Source: Ruditapes philippinarum (taxonomy: Eukaryota). From it: DNA of 55,210 nt. The stretch spans positions 434,001-489,210 of the forward strand of contig NW_026864532.1 of NCBI RefSeq assembly GCF_026571515.1, written 5' to 3'. How positions within the stretch are numbered: the stretch's first letter is position 1; each line of letters opens with the position of its first letter. The notes beneath the pieces are model-generated. The model was given only the letters and a program-made list of their open reading frames with translations. It was not told the origin of the DNA and did no database searches. Below, in pieces: positions 1 through 12,213 of this stretch. The translations under genes were made by a program, and so were the position numbers.

Positions 1-2119
1 GCCAAACTTAAATGAATGAAAATGAAGCAATATTAAACTACTATAGATGCCCAGACCACAAGATTTAGGACAAAAAAATATTTTCCTATCTTCTTATCAT
101 GCTGAACAGTTGTGCCAAGTTATTCTATAGTTTAAATTATTTTCAAGACCAACAATTCTAGATCAATGTCCTTAAAACTGTAGGTCCCAAATATTTAAAA
201 ATTTAAAAAAACACACAAGAATTTAAAAATTAACTCTAAGAGTGGTTAAGATACATATTCAAGGTAACACATTGTTCTTTTGGATGATGCATTATCTCAT
301 CTAGCTTATTAACATTTGTGTTTACTTACTTTTTTTCACATCCATCATCAAATGGTACAGTTCTATACAGAAAATCTGTTGAAGTCTTAAGTTGTTTCAT
401 ATACAAATGTACATGTTTGACATTTAACCTCAATTTGTCCTTGACCTTTAATTCAGTAATCATTCTGATCCTTGCATGTGGCACATTGCCCCTGACCCAG
501 TTTACATGGGAATCTCTCAACCCATATCAGAGTTACAGTACTAACAAGTGCACTTACTTTTAGCCTTTGACTTCTAAATAATTATGACCTTGACCTTTGA
601 TCTATGAATCAGATTCTTGAGCATGACAGTCGCCTTGTCATTGAGGTAGTCATTTGTGACTGCAGCACTTTATTTGAGAGTATCTTAATCAATTCCAGAC
701 ATGATTAAACAGGTGCAAAAGTAATATAATTGTACTAAGCAATTGCTAATAAGTCCATCTATAGGTCAAACTCATAACTTTGCATTATTTAGCCGGACCA
801 TTATGAAATGCTTGGTTAAATCATTTTAATAATTACCTTCTGCATTTATATTCCAATAAAATAGCATATCAGTTACCGGTATGTGTTCAGGTATGGCAGT
901 TGACTTGAACATGAATATATATATACAAATTTATGTTTTCAAAAGCCTTAGTATAATGGAATTCAGTAAGTTGAAAAATAACTAAAACAACAACAAAAAT
1001 ATTAATCTTTAAGGATCACTAAACTTATACCAAACATACTCTATGCTTATGCCTACAAAGTACTTACTGGATATAAATGAGTATAGGTCAAAGATAGATA
1101 ATAAATAGGATGCTTTCAACACCCCAGTATGTCAATATTGAACAGATAATAAACAGAATAGCAAATTGAGATTTAACCGCAAGTGGGTGCAATTTTCTAA
1201 CTCATCTGATCTATTTGCATAAAAAAAAACACAAAAAGATAATTTTATAGATACAGGTAAAATATGGAAAAATATTATACCTGAATTAGTCACTGATATT
1301 TGTAAATAAAACAGCTTTCAGGGCTTTAATGCAGGAAATATATCCAACAATCATTTGATTATTCCTTCACTACACCTTCATGTATAATATACTGTATAAT
1401 AAAACTCTATTGATTAGTTAATTGCAAACATATTTTCAATATTTTCCTTTTGAAGCAGTATTTGATCACAATATCTGCCTGCTAATTAGAATATATGGAT
1501 TTTATCTTTACCTTTAACAGTGTAATGTGTACTGTGAACTAGGCTGAATGACCTCCCATACCATGTATGGAGAACACCTGTTCCCCTCCAATTAAATTAC
1601 AATTAAATAATACAGACTGTGAAATGAAAGAACATTTATATACAGTTTTATTTTCTCTACAGTATATTCAAAGTTTCTTTACCCCTTTGATCTTCAAGGT
1701 CATACATATAACTCATGTTAACTTAAACTTCAGTCCCCTTTTCTAAATTCATATTACTGCCCTGGCCCTCCCCCTGCCCCGAATGTGAAATGAATTTGTT
1801 CTGTTTTAATGTTGAACAGTGTCAATTGATAAAACAAGGAAATTTAAACTTAAAATTATGTAACAAGCAGTTAAAATTGACTGATAAGCAAGCTGACATG
1901 GCTGTATATCTGTCAGACACGGCAATGTTCATGCAGAGATCATAAATCCCCTCTGTATTCATAAAAGTATGATTTTTATCATGGCTTCAATTAAAGCCAT
2001 GTTTTTATGGGGAGATCAATAAAAGAAACACCTGTATCATTATAAATCTCGGATTACAGGCATTAAATATAAATGCTTGTAATGTGGTTAGCAGCATTTT
2101 GTGTTTTGTTACTGGTGTG

Positions 2120-2263
2120 TGTCATGGTTCAGAACTGTTCACTGTTTTTAGGAGAAGATGTGTAAGCGACTGGATTGCTCAGTCAGTAGAGCTGCGGAAC
2201 AGTATTCTGAGGGTCCCGGGTTCGAGTCCTGGTCAGGCTGCACATTATTCTCACCCTGTGACA
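2120..2263 (+). mobile_element. Solo LTR containing a tRNA-like sequence (Helenus-like non-autonomous LTR retrotransposon)
   Basis: Termini TGTCA (2120-2124) and TGACA (2259-2263); 4-bp TSD TGTG at 2116-2119 and 2264-2267; internal tRNA-Lys-like segment ~2166-2241 with A-box-like TTGCTCAGTCAG and B-box GGTTCGAGTCC (2219-2229). Confidence 0.7.
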
Positions 2264-3506
2264 TGTGTTAAGATAAGAAGCAGGCCATAGAATATAGGCA
2301 TGGTCATAATTAAATCTATGATATTGATTAATATTCAATTTAATTTAGAATTTCACACATTTCAATTTATATAATATAAAATAATGATGAAAATACTTAC
2401 AATACACACAATGATATGTCCGGTTTCACATTATTCGGTTAGCATTCCTCCATTAACAAGTATTATCTAAGTCCTCGCACAAACACACATGCACATGTGT
2501 GATAACCTTTAAACAAAACAAAACATTTAATCAAAATACAAACAAGATGTAACTTTAATTCAGTGGGAAATCCAGCCCCTGTCTTATCTAAAAATCTAAC
2601 AATTTTAAAATGTCCACACTGCTTATTCATAGTTAAACTATGTTAATGCAACAGTGTCAAACAATACCATATTGATTGACAAAATTTAACCGAAGTTATC
2701 ACTTCACTTGATCAGTGTGTTAGAAGTTTACCATATTTTATGGCAAGTATCATAACCTCAAGGCAAGAACAGGCAATTTAAAGTGAAAATTGCAACTTTA
2801 TCATAAACTAACAGTAAGGCCTAACATCTGTCCATTTATCAAGTTTGCGATCAAATCATATAAAAAGCATTTTTGTTGTCGTAAAAAGCAATATAGAAAT
2901 TAATTATAGCATAAACTATTCACCCCAAACTTTCAATAGGAAGAGCTATGCTAAACAAATATTCAGTATTTCTATATATAAAAGTGAATGAATGACCGCA
3001 AGTTTTTACAAGTTTTCCAGTTTATCTCATCAAAAATAAAAATACCTATGGATAAAGAAATATTTTACATCTTAATTTTGTAAAAATTCATATCAAATAT
3101 CATAGACATCCATAGTTTAATTAACTGACAATGTCAATTTACAGAATTTTTAAACATAAAAATGCAACCATTCATTAAAAAACTTTTGAAACTTGATAGC
3201 TAAGTCATTAAACCAATTAAACTTTTATTTACCAAAAAAAACTAATAAACTGTCAAAAAACACAGACACAATGTTAATTATTACATGATTATTATCACCA
3301 TCATTATCATAAAATATTAGTTTGACCTTCAAGGTCAAGGTCATTTATACGTCTACATGTGTAGGTCTAATTAAGTTAGTCTTCTTGAAGGTTGAAGGCT
3401 GTTATCAAAGTTTAACAACAAGAATAATCCATTAATAAATAACAAAGTTAAAGGCAGTTTTTCTACATTTAACTTAAAGTTATTTCCTTAGTTTCTATGT
3501 ATATGT

Positions 3507-3610
3507 TAGTGTTCATCCGTGCTGTTCTACAGAAATTAGATACTTGGACGGGAGCGACAGCAACAGGAGAATGTTTCTAATTTCTGTAGAACAGCTATGG
3601 ATGAATACTA
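3507..3610. mobile_element. Small palindromic MITE
   Basis: ~35-bp inverted repeats TAGTGTTCATCCGTGCTGTTCTACAGAAATTAGA (3507-3540) and 3576-3610, around a 35-bp spacer. Confidence 0.65.
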
Positions 3611-3829
3611 CATTTTGTAACATACTTAGTGTCAAGCTTTATTTGGCTTCATAATCACTCACTTTATTACGTCACTATGCCGTTCTATGAAATACTATGA
3701 AAAATAGAAGTCGACTATGAACGGAATTCGATATAGTATCGACTTCTGTTCTTCTATGAAAATTAACGCACAGAATTTTTAAGAAATATAGCGTTTTCAT
3801 TGGATGATAAATAAAGTTGGACACTAAAT

Positions 3830-4135
3830 TGTATCTTTTATGGTTATTTTTCCACAATTTCTTCATTCATCTTTTTATTAGTATGGTTACTTTTCCATCG
3901 TTCCTACATTATATATTTTTATGCTTATTTTTCCATAGTTCTCTGCATTATATATTTTTTATGGTTAACATATAATTCCATAGTTTCTAAAATATAAATT
4001 TTTATGGTTATTATTCCATAGCTTCTTCATTATATATTTTTATGGTTATTTTTTCCATAGTTTCTACATCATATACTTTTATGGTTATTTTCCCATAGTT
4101 TCTACATGAACATTATATATTCTTATGGCCATTTT
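3830..4135. repeat. Degenerate minisatellite, ~40-bp unit
   Basis: About 7 imperfect copies of TATATTTTTTATGGTTATTTTTCCATAGTTTCTACAT. Confidence 0.75.
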
Positions 4136-4740
4136 TTTCAATTGCTCTGCCCTTCATTACCCTGGCAATTTAAAGTATTCTAGATTGAATAAATAATGAA
4201 GCACACCGAAACCTTACTGAAACAGACTTACATTTCTCTGTTGCCATGCACAAATTAAAAGTATCTATCTAATTGTATATTTATTCTGTGATAGCAGTCC
4301 TTACTATTGGCAGATCACTTAATAATTGAAATGCCTAAAATTAGCTATTGATACACTTAGTTACATCACATATTGTACAGTTCATTACACAATATCTAAC
4401 AGTATAATAGTAACAGACAAGTTTGTACAGTTTTAGTCTTGTACATCATTTATAATGACATTTTATAGCCCAGAGACAAACAATAAAATTAATCATTATC
4501 CCTATCTTTATATATTATATAACACTGATATACTTTCGTTAACCTATTTTTAATGTACATTAAGTAACATAAGACTACAAAAACAATTATTATGTCTATA
4601 GTCTTAAGATAATTAGATGTAGGATTTTTTCTAATATAGCTGCCTTACTTAAGTTTTCCAGTACAGCGAATCATGGCCTTTCAATAAAGTTATACAAGTA
4701 TCCTACAAAATGTAGTTAAAAATATTATTAATATGAATAA

Positions 4741-6290
4741 AACAAGAGGGCCATGATGGCCCTGAAGTCGCTCACCTGTATATAGGCCCCCAGAGCCGGG
4801 CAAGTTTAAACCCCAGGGCTTTTATTTGAACAAACTTGGTAGACACCCATTAGAAGATATTTCATGCTAAACATCTAAGGTCTAGCTCGTTGAGTTTTTA
4901 AAAATAAAGATTTTTTAAGTTTTAACTATACACATATAGTTAAAAGCAATGACACCCCTAGGGCGGGGCAAGTTTTGACCCCAGGGCTTTTATTTGATCA
5001 AACTTTGAAGACACTCACTAGAAGATGTTTCATGCTTAATATCCAAACTCTAGCTATTTGTGTTTTTTTTTAAAATAAGATTTTTAAGTTTTTGCTATAC
5101 ACATATAAGGAAAATCAATGCCCCCCTGGGCAGGGCCAATTTTGACCCTAGGGCTTTTATTTGAACAAACTTTAAAGACGCTAACTGGAAGATGTTTCAT
5201 GCTTAATATCTTAACTCTAGCTATTTGGGTTTTTTCAAAGAAGATTTTTTTAAACTTTTTGCTATAGTCACATAAATAAAATCAATGACCCCTGGGGCGG
5301 GGCCAATTTTGACCCAAGGGCTTTTATATGAACAAACTTTGTAGACACTCACTAGAAGATGTTTCATGCTTAGTATCTAAACTCTAGCTATTTGTTTTTT
5401 TTTCAAAGAAGATTTTTTTTTTAAGATTTTGCTTTACACATACGGAAAATCAATGACCCTTGGGGCAGGGCAAATTTTGACCCCAGGGCTCTTATTTGAA
5501 CAAATTTGGTAGACACCCATTAGAACATGTTTCATGCTAAATATCTTAGCTCTAGCTCTTTGGGTTCTTTAAAAGAAGATTTTATAAGTTTTTACTACAT
5601 GCATATAGGGAAAATCAATGACCCCCTGGGGCCGGGCCAATTTTGACCCCAGGGCTTTTATTTGAACAAACTTGATAGACACTCATAAGAAGATGTTTCA
5701 TGCTAAATATCTTAGATCTAGCTCTTTGGGTTCTTTAAAAGAAGATTTTATAAGTTTTTACGGAAAATCAATGAACCCCTGGGGCCGGGCCAATTTTGAC
5801 CCCAGGGCTTTTATTTGAACAAACTTGGTAGACACCCATTAGAAGATGTTTCATGCTAAATATCTTAGCTCTAGCTCTTTGGGTTCTTTAAAAGAGGATT
5901 TTATAAGTTTTTACTATATGCATATAGGGAAAATCAATGACCCCTGGGGCGGGGCCAATTTTGACCCCAGGGCTTTTATTTGAACAAAATTGATAGACAC
6001 TCACTAGAAGATGTTTCATGCCAAATATCTAAGCTCTACCTCTTTGGGTTTTTTAAAAGAAGATATTTTAAGTTTTTTCTATCGGTTGCCATGGCAACCA
6101 GAGTTCTGCATGGAATTAAATTCTTTGAACAATTTTTAAAGGTGACCACCAAAGGAACATTCCTGTGAAGTTTGGATGAAATTGGCTCAGTGGTTTATGA
6201 GGAGATGTCATTTATCGTAAAAGTTTATGGGCGCCGGACGAAAAGCAATCACAAAAGCTCACCCTGTCACTTTGTGATAGGTGAGCTAAA
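4741..6290 (+). mobile_element. Non-autonomous Helentron-type (HINE/pearl-like) element with an 8 x ~167-bp internal tandem array
   Basis: Starts AACAAGAG with palindrome AGGGCCA-TGA-TGGCCCT; subterminal GCTCACCTG (4770-4778); terminal hairpin AGCTCACC...GGTGAGCT (6256-6287); units marked by GGGCCAATTTTGACCCCAGGG at ~4797, 4966, 5133, 5300, 5468, 5634, 5787, 5951; A-rich flanks. Confidence 0.85.
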
Positions 6291-6804
6291 AAGCCAAAAA
6301 AAAAACCCAAAACACCAATACATAGAATATTAAATAAATATATGCTTTTTTTCAAATAAATCAAAGTACTCAAATAAGTACTTTCTGGATCAAAAATTGA
6401 TGTAGTTCTTATTTTTTTTAACCCCTTGCATACATGAAACTTACAGAAAATATATAATACTATTATTCAAAATTATTCCTTCACAAAAATACAAATGTTC
6501 TAAAAAATTTGTTCATTCAATCTAACATTTCAGACAGGATTAATAAATCCCCAAAGAGGTTTATGAAAATTTGCATATGCTGGCTACACAGCATTTTTTT
6601 TTATCTTTTTCTTTTCTTTTCATAGATAAAGTTATTAAGAAAATCCCTGGCTGTTCCCTATCAGTACTAATTTTGTGAATGTACGTCTGCTGTAAATTTA
6701 CATCTTGATAATACACAATTTGTTCTTATATTAAGTTTGACATTAAACATTATATACTATTTGCACTGGGAATGCTTTTTTTTTAATAATACAGCTTTGT
6801 AGAT

Positions 6805-7083
6805 GGTGGTGGTAGTTTAGCCTTCGGGTCATGGCAGTGAGCCACTTTGAATTCACCAGAGCACAGTCCAGCCACCGCATTATTCCTGGGCAGGCTATCA
6901 AGTAGTAAACCATTACAAGCCGCCTTCAGTTTTAGGACCCAATTACTTCAGCACATGCCAGAGCAGAGGTACAGTGCAAATGATCAAAGACAGGATTTCA
7001 TGATCAGTCGCAACGAAAGTGACCTGAACCACACAGATTGTCTGATTCATAGTCCAATGCTCTACCTATTGAGCTTAGACCAG
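6805..7083 (-). mobile_element. Degenerate tRNA-derived SINE
   Basis: Minus strand reads AGCTCAATAGGTAGAGCATTGGACTATGAATC (tRNA 5' half with A-box), followed by a GC-richer body in an AT-rich background. Confidence 0.5.
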
Positions 7084-9406
7084 ATGATACCTTAAAGTGT
7101 AAACAAGGGAGGTAACTGTGTGCACAGTTTCATAATATCTATAACTGAATTTTGGGACTTGCAAACATAATTTAATTTTAGTGGTAGAAATATTGTTATA
7201 ATCAAATTTCAAACATATAAACATATTTTATATACATGTATATCTTTTTTATTTTAAAATCATTACAAAATTAAATGTTCAAATAAGCTTTACAGACAAA
7301 ATAACAAATCTAAACTGAAAATGTATTTAGTTATATTTACCTTAAAAAAAAAGGCAAGTTATTTTCATGCACAAAACAAATTACTTCCCACCTTGAATTA
7401 ACATGTGCAGTAGTTTCAGCCTGTAACCAAATGCTGCATCTTGTCAAAAATTTAATTAACCAGTTAATGAAGTATGACAAATCTATCTATTTGTGACATA
7501 TCTCTTGATTAAAGAGGGGGCTAGATGTATCGTATTCTGATACACTGTGACAGTAAACTAGGTTTCACTGTTACAAAATTGAATCACTATGTTCACCACG
7601 CTGGCTAGAGGTCAGGTGCAAAAACAAGAGGACCAAGATGGCCTGTAATTGCTCACCTGAGTAGATGGTACACATGAAGAATCATTATTAAGACATTGGT
7701 AATAGCCCTACCCAAAACAGGTAAACAGATGAGAGGGTGAAATGAATTAATGTTTATGTATGTTTTTAGTCTACAGGCAACAATGTTGTTTCTTAGACTA
7801 TAATAATTTTGGCAATTTTTTTTTATAAATAAAACTCTTAGGTGTTTTCTGATGAATTTATTTAAAATTTGCTTTTCATTTGAGATGTTTGTATACAACC
7901 TTTATGTCTTGTTTTCACCAAGCCAAGGGAAAATCTGTGAAGTGCACTGTTTTCACAATTTTTTTTCAGTATTGTTCTTCCTCTTTCACAATCTAAAGTT
8001 AATAATGCTGAAACTTCACATTTTTAAGAAAAATTGTGCTTGTCTTTCACAATTAAAAAAGGTCCAGGCCTATTCACAATTGAAATTGTAAATTATGATA
8101 AGCCCCCTAAATATAAAAGGGCCCAGCATTTAAATAAAGAATTGTAGCAAATGTCATAAAGTAAAAAGTACTCTCCTGTGCACCGGTCGAATGTTCCTAC
8201 CGTTTACTTTCTTAACGTAGTGTATTCAAGTAGGCTAGCTGCTAAGGGCACGTAAATTAAAAGATGCCTTAAAGATCATGTAAAATTTTAAATCATATTC
8301 ACTTCAGTCAGAATATGATGATGATGTCTAACAAGTCATTTGTTCCACCAAATATTAATCATATTAATTTTGTGCTTCAAGTAGTAAATTGCACTGAATT
8401 CAAATAAATTGTCATATCAAAGGTCAAGGTGATACTTCAATTAAGCAACATGAATATTTTCTAAAATTGTTCTGTCCAAAAAAAGAATCATATCCCTTCA
8501 TCTGTAACAAAGATTCAGCCATTTTTACGAAAATTCAATAACTTGCAAACAAATAACTTTAAAGGTCAAGGTCATTGATAAGTCAAGATCATTCTTTAAT
8601 TTTGCTCCACTTGACATTTTTTCCTTATTGTTATATCATAATAGTGGTAGTTAGTTCAAATTGAATAATATCATTCTAATCATACAATCATGGCAATTTT
8701 AGCAAAATTCAATTATTTGGTCATAACTGTCAAGGTCATTTTAAGGCCAAGGTCATACCTGAATTTCTCACCATGAGTCAACATGTATGGGAAAAGTTGG
8801 TTTATTCCAGCATCAATTAAACTATTGGTCTACTTGAAGGTTTTGTCCAAAGGATTGTTGTGTATATGAAGACAATCCATTCATGTGAATAACAAACTAA
8901 TAGTAAAACATCAAGATCATTGATGAGTGAAGGTTAATTTTTTTTTGGCTGCTTAAAGGTCTTGTCCAAATGATTGTTGTGTCCAAGTATGAATACTATC
9001 CAAACATCATTAACAGTTATAGCTGAAATGGCAACAGGAACAGACTAAATGACAGTTACATCAAATGCTCTTTGTTTCTAGCCTAGCTAATTACAAATGA
9101 AAGCATATAAGTAAGATATTAACCAATATCCATTTCAAAGGGTTCAAAAATAATACATTGTACAACCATCATTTTTATTCATACATCAAAGTGAAAAATG
9201 CAAGAAAAGAATAGTATTTAACACTCTTGTATGGGTGACTGTTTATCAAATATTTTAAAATTTGCACCTAAAAATGCACCAGAAGCCACCATTTAAGTAG
9301 TTTCATTTTTTTTCTTATGATCTTGTGACCTTTGACTTATATGTAGAAACCTGGTTAAAGCTTGCAACAGAACAACTCATGGTGTTGACAATTGTATCAA
9401 GTAATA

Positions 9407-9745
9407 CTACAAGAACCGGTTGTTGCTCTCCAAGTAGGTTTTGGACACAGAAAAGAATACTTCTTAAAGTGTCAGAGTTATGTCCCTGACAAAGTTCAGT
9501 GTAAAAATGAACAAAGGGCAATAACTCCAAAATTAAGCAAGGCAGAGTTAAGGTTCTTTTGCACTGCACTTCTATTTCATGAGATCAATCTAGCTACAAA
9601 CCTTTAATGGTTTCAGAGCTATGTCTCTGAAAAAGTTCAAAGTGAAAAAATTACCAAAGGGCAATATCTCCAAAATTAGACAAGGCAGAGTTGATGTTCT
9701 TTTGCACTGCACATCTATCCAATGAGCTCTATCTATGTTAGCATA
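9407..9745 (+). mobile_element. Truncated copy of the Helentron-type family seen at 36256-37330
   Basis: Shares TAGGTTTTGGACACAG(A/G)AAAG and two core units (GCAAGGCAGAGTT...TTTGCACTGCAC) with the 36256 element. Confidence 0.7.
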
Positions 9746-10499
9746 AAAATCCCTCCATGCATATAGATTACACTCTGAACATTGCTTGGACACCAACAAC
9801 CTGTCTGTTTTTATTTTATACATCAAATTTTATTTTAAATGTTGTATAAAAAAAGTCTTTTAGGAGTATCAAAATCCTGACATTTTAGATAGTACTGTAC
9901 CTGAAAACTCCTACCCATTGGAGAACCCACGTGAGAATATGTTCTTTAAAATGTGGAAGTATTAAACATTTACAAAACAAATGTATGCATTCACAATAGC
10001 TCACCTCTTTAAAAGTATGTTTATATCAATATAGTTATCTTGGTAAGATTTAAGTAATTTTTCTTATAGTTTTAAATTATAATCTCTCTGTAGATGAATA
10101 TATCACACAGACATGAGTAAAAACAAGCCTTTGCTTTCAAAACAGCAATTTCTTTTATTTGACTTTTTTCAAAACATGGTTCCTAAAGTAAATACTGTAA
10201 AATAAGTTAATAACACAATGTGCATATTTATAACAGAATTATAAATAGAAAGCATTCAAGCCCTGTGTCTTTGTTATAAAAATATGAAAACTACATTTGA
10301 AAGATTCATATTATTTTTGACAATGAAAATTCAATACATAAATGTATAATTTAAACCCTTAATCACATATGTATATGTGACAGCCTCTTTTATATCACAA
10401 AAAATTAATCATTCCCACGAAATGACATCTGCCAAAACTGTTTCAGATGCATCTACATGGACTGAACTTTTTCTTTTTAAGTCAATAATTTCCTATTTA

Positions 10500-10925
10500 T
10501 CACTTTTTTCCTCCAGCACTTTCAGTTGTCATGTTTTTGTCAATAATATTTTCCGCAGGTTTGTTAATGCCAAAAAATCGTACGTATTTCCTCTCAAAGA
10601 ATGTATTTTGCTTCAGCATTTCTTTTTGACAAGCTTCTGAGACAAACAACTTGCATTCTTCAGAATTTAAAATGAGAGAGCCGACAGTTAACTCCGGATA
10701 CACGGGATACTTCTGGCTATATTTATTAGAACACAAATTTTCTAAACTTGTCAACATTTCATCACATTTTTCAGGGTTTGATATTTCTGACTGATCAGCT
10801 TTCTTAAAATTATCTCCAATCCTTTTTCTCAATAATAACCCAATATCACGTCTATCTCCTTTACTTGGGTCATTTGGCCATTGTTCAAGTATACGTAATG
10901 CACGTTTATATCTGGCAGCTGACAT
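10500..10925 (-). CDS. UQCC2: Ubiquinol-cytochrome c reductase complex assembly factor 2 (141 aa, single coding exon)
   Basis: MSAARYKRALRILEQWPNDPSKGDRRDIGLLLRKRI...NPEKCDEMLTSLENLCSNKYSQKYP aligns by eye to human UQCC2 ([35 protein letters not shown]...[25 protein letters not shown]). Minus-strand AATAAA at 10154-10159. Confidence 0.92.
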   Translation of the reverse strand: MSAARYKRALRILEQWPNDPSKGDRRDIGLLLRKRIGDNFKKADQSEISNPEKCDEMLTSLENLCSNKYSQKYPVYPELTVGSLILNSEECKLFVSEACQKEMLKQNTFFERKYVRFFGINKPAENIIDKNMTTESAGGKK

Positions 10926-10967
10926 GTCTACTCTTTAAATACTTTTTACTTGAAAACTCTTCTCCAC

Positions 10968-11754
10968 CTGAAAATATATACATGAAGATTTAAGTTAAAA
11001 TTTTCAAATTTAATCCTGTTAGACGTGGATTGAATATTATCTATTAATAAACTTTGATTTATTTAGCAATGCAACTTGACATTTTCGTAATAATTAACAT
11101 GTGTATGATGTTACACCTGTGCACCAATAAAAGCCTGGGTTCCAGTTTGTCGTTTTTTTTATGTTTCTGTTTGGCAAATCGACACTTTGATATATTATCA
11201 AACGACCAACGAATACGGAATAGCGCATATGTTATGAATAAAGAAAAAAATGTTATAAATAAGCAAAAACTATCAACGCCTGAATCCCAGGCTACACCAA
11301 TAATTAACAATTTATAATATTCAATGCATTGCAACTATTAATACTTGAACTTATTTGCTGGTACTTTTATAATATTGATTAGTCTCAATATTTGGACTGC
11401 AAGACCGACCGATTTTATAACCTGATTTTTCATAGATGTCTGTGAAGGGCGACCATCATCTATATAATAAAAAGCCCTAAAGCGCACAAATTTCATTGTC
11501 TGAATGGATCATATCAATATTTAGCCCAAGACAGAAACATAAAAAAGTATGCTATTATGAATTTTATCATTAAATATTTTTTTAAAAATAGCTGTTGCCA
11601 GCTCCTCTACTTGTAATCCTGTCAATATTGCCCCACAAGAATTTTCGGTAGGCTAAATAGTGTGTAATTTTTAAATTCGAGAAAAACCGGTTTATCGCGA
11701 AAATATATTACAAATAATGAAATGTCATTAAAACTTAAAATAAAGTCAACTCAC
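10968..11754 (-). other. Predicted 5'UTR intron of UQCC2
   Basis: Minus-strand donor G|GTGAGT at 11754 and acceptor ATTTTCAG| ending at 10968, 42 nt upstream of the ATG. Confidence 0.6.
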
Positions 11755-12000
11755 CGGCCGTTTCGAAACAGCAAATTTAATTTCTGTCACACATAGGAGA
11801 TGTGCTATCTAATATCTGTGAATTCACAGTTAAATAACGCCTTCAACATGTTAAATAATAGAATATTTGAGGTGAAGGTCATACGGTCTCCGTCGGGAAT
11901 ATCCGGAAATTCGGAATACTTCGAAGATTTTCGTTCATCCAAAGTTTGACGGAAAAAGCCGAGAAGTTGAGAAGTAAAACTTTTTAAAGCGCGGAAAGAC
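11755..12000 (-). promoter_or_regulatory. Likely UQCC2 first exon/promoter region
   Basis: Locally CpG-rich and directly upstream of the donor; several CGGAA (ETS-like) cores between ~11900 and 12000. Confidence 0.4.
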
Positions 12001-12213
12001 AAGAAATATGAGAACAAAGATTAGCCGCAGCACTTAAATTCCAGCAACACAGAACCACCGACACAGACTCAAGAAGGGCAACACAAAATGGAAAGTACAC
12101 TATGACAAAGCAAGGTTGAGGTTTTCTTATAATTGTTTACAATGTAATAAAGGATAACTTAGGAAACTCAAGAAGGCCAACAAGCGCAAGTGGTAAAGAG
12201 ATCGAAGAGCCAT

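Noticed and set aside
1-2100. Coding exons in the first 2 kb (and 7600-9400)
   Set aside because: Only short AT-rich ORFs and decayed GACCTTGACC-type repeat fragments; no recognisable protein.
2166-2241. Functional tRNA gene
   Set aside because: Anticodon arm and acceptor stem are not canonical, and the sequence is embedded in an LTR-like unit with a TSD.
4795-6080. CRISPR-like array (also considered for 30560-31500, 36330-37250 and 46118-46220)
   Set aside because: Whole units are repeated with no unique spacers; no cas genes; eukaryotic context.
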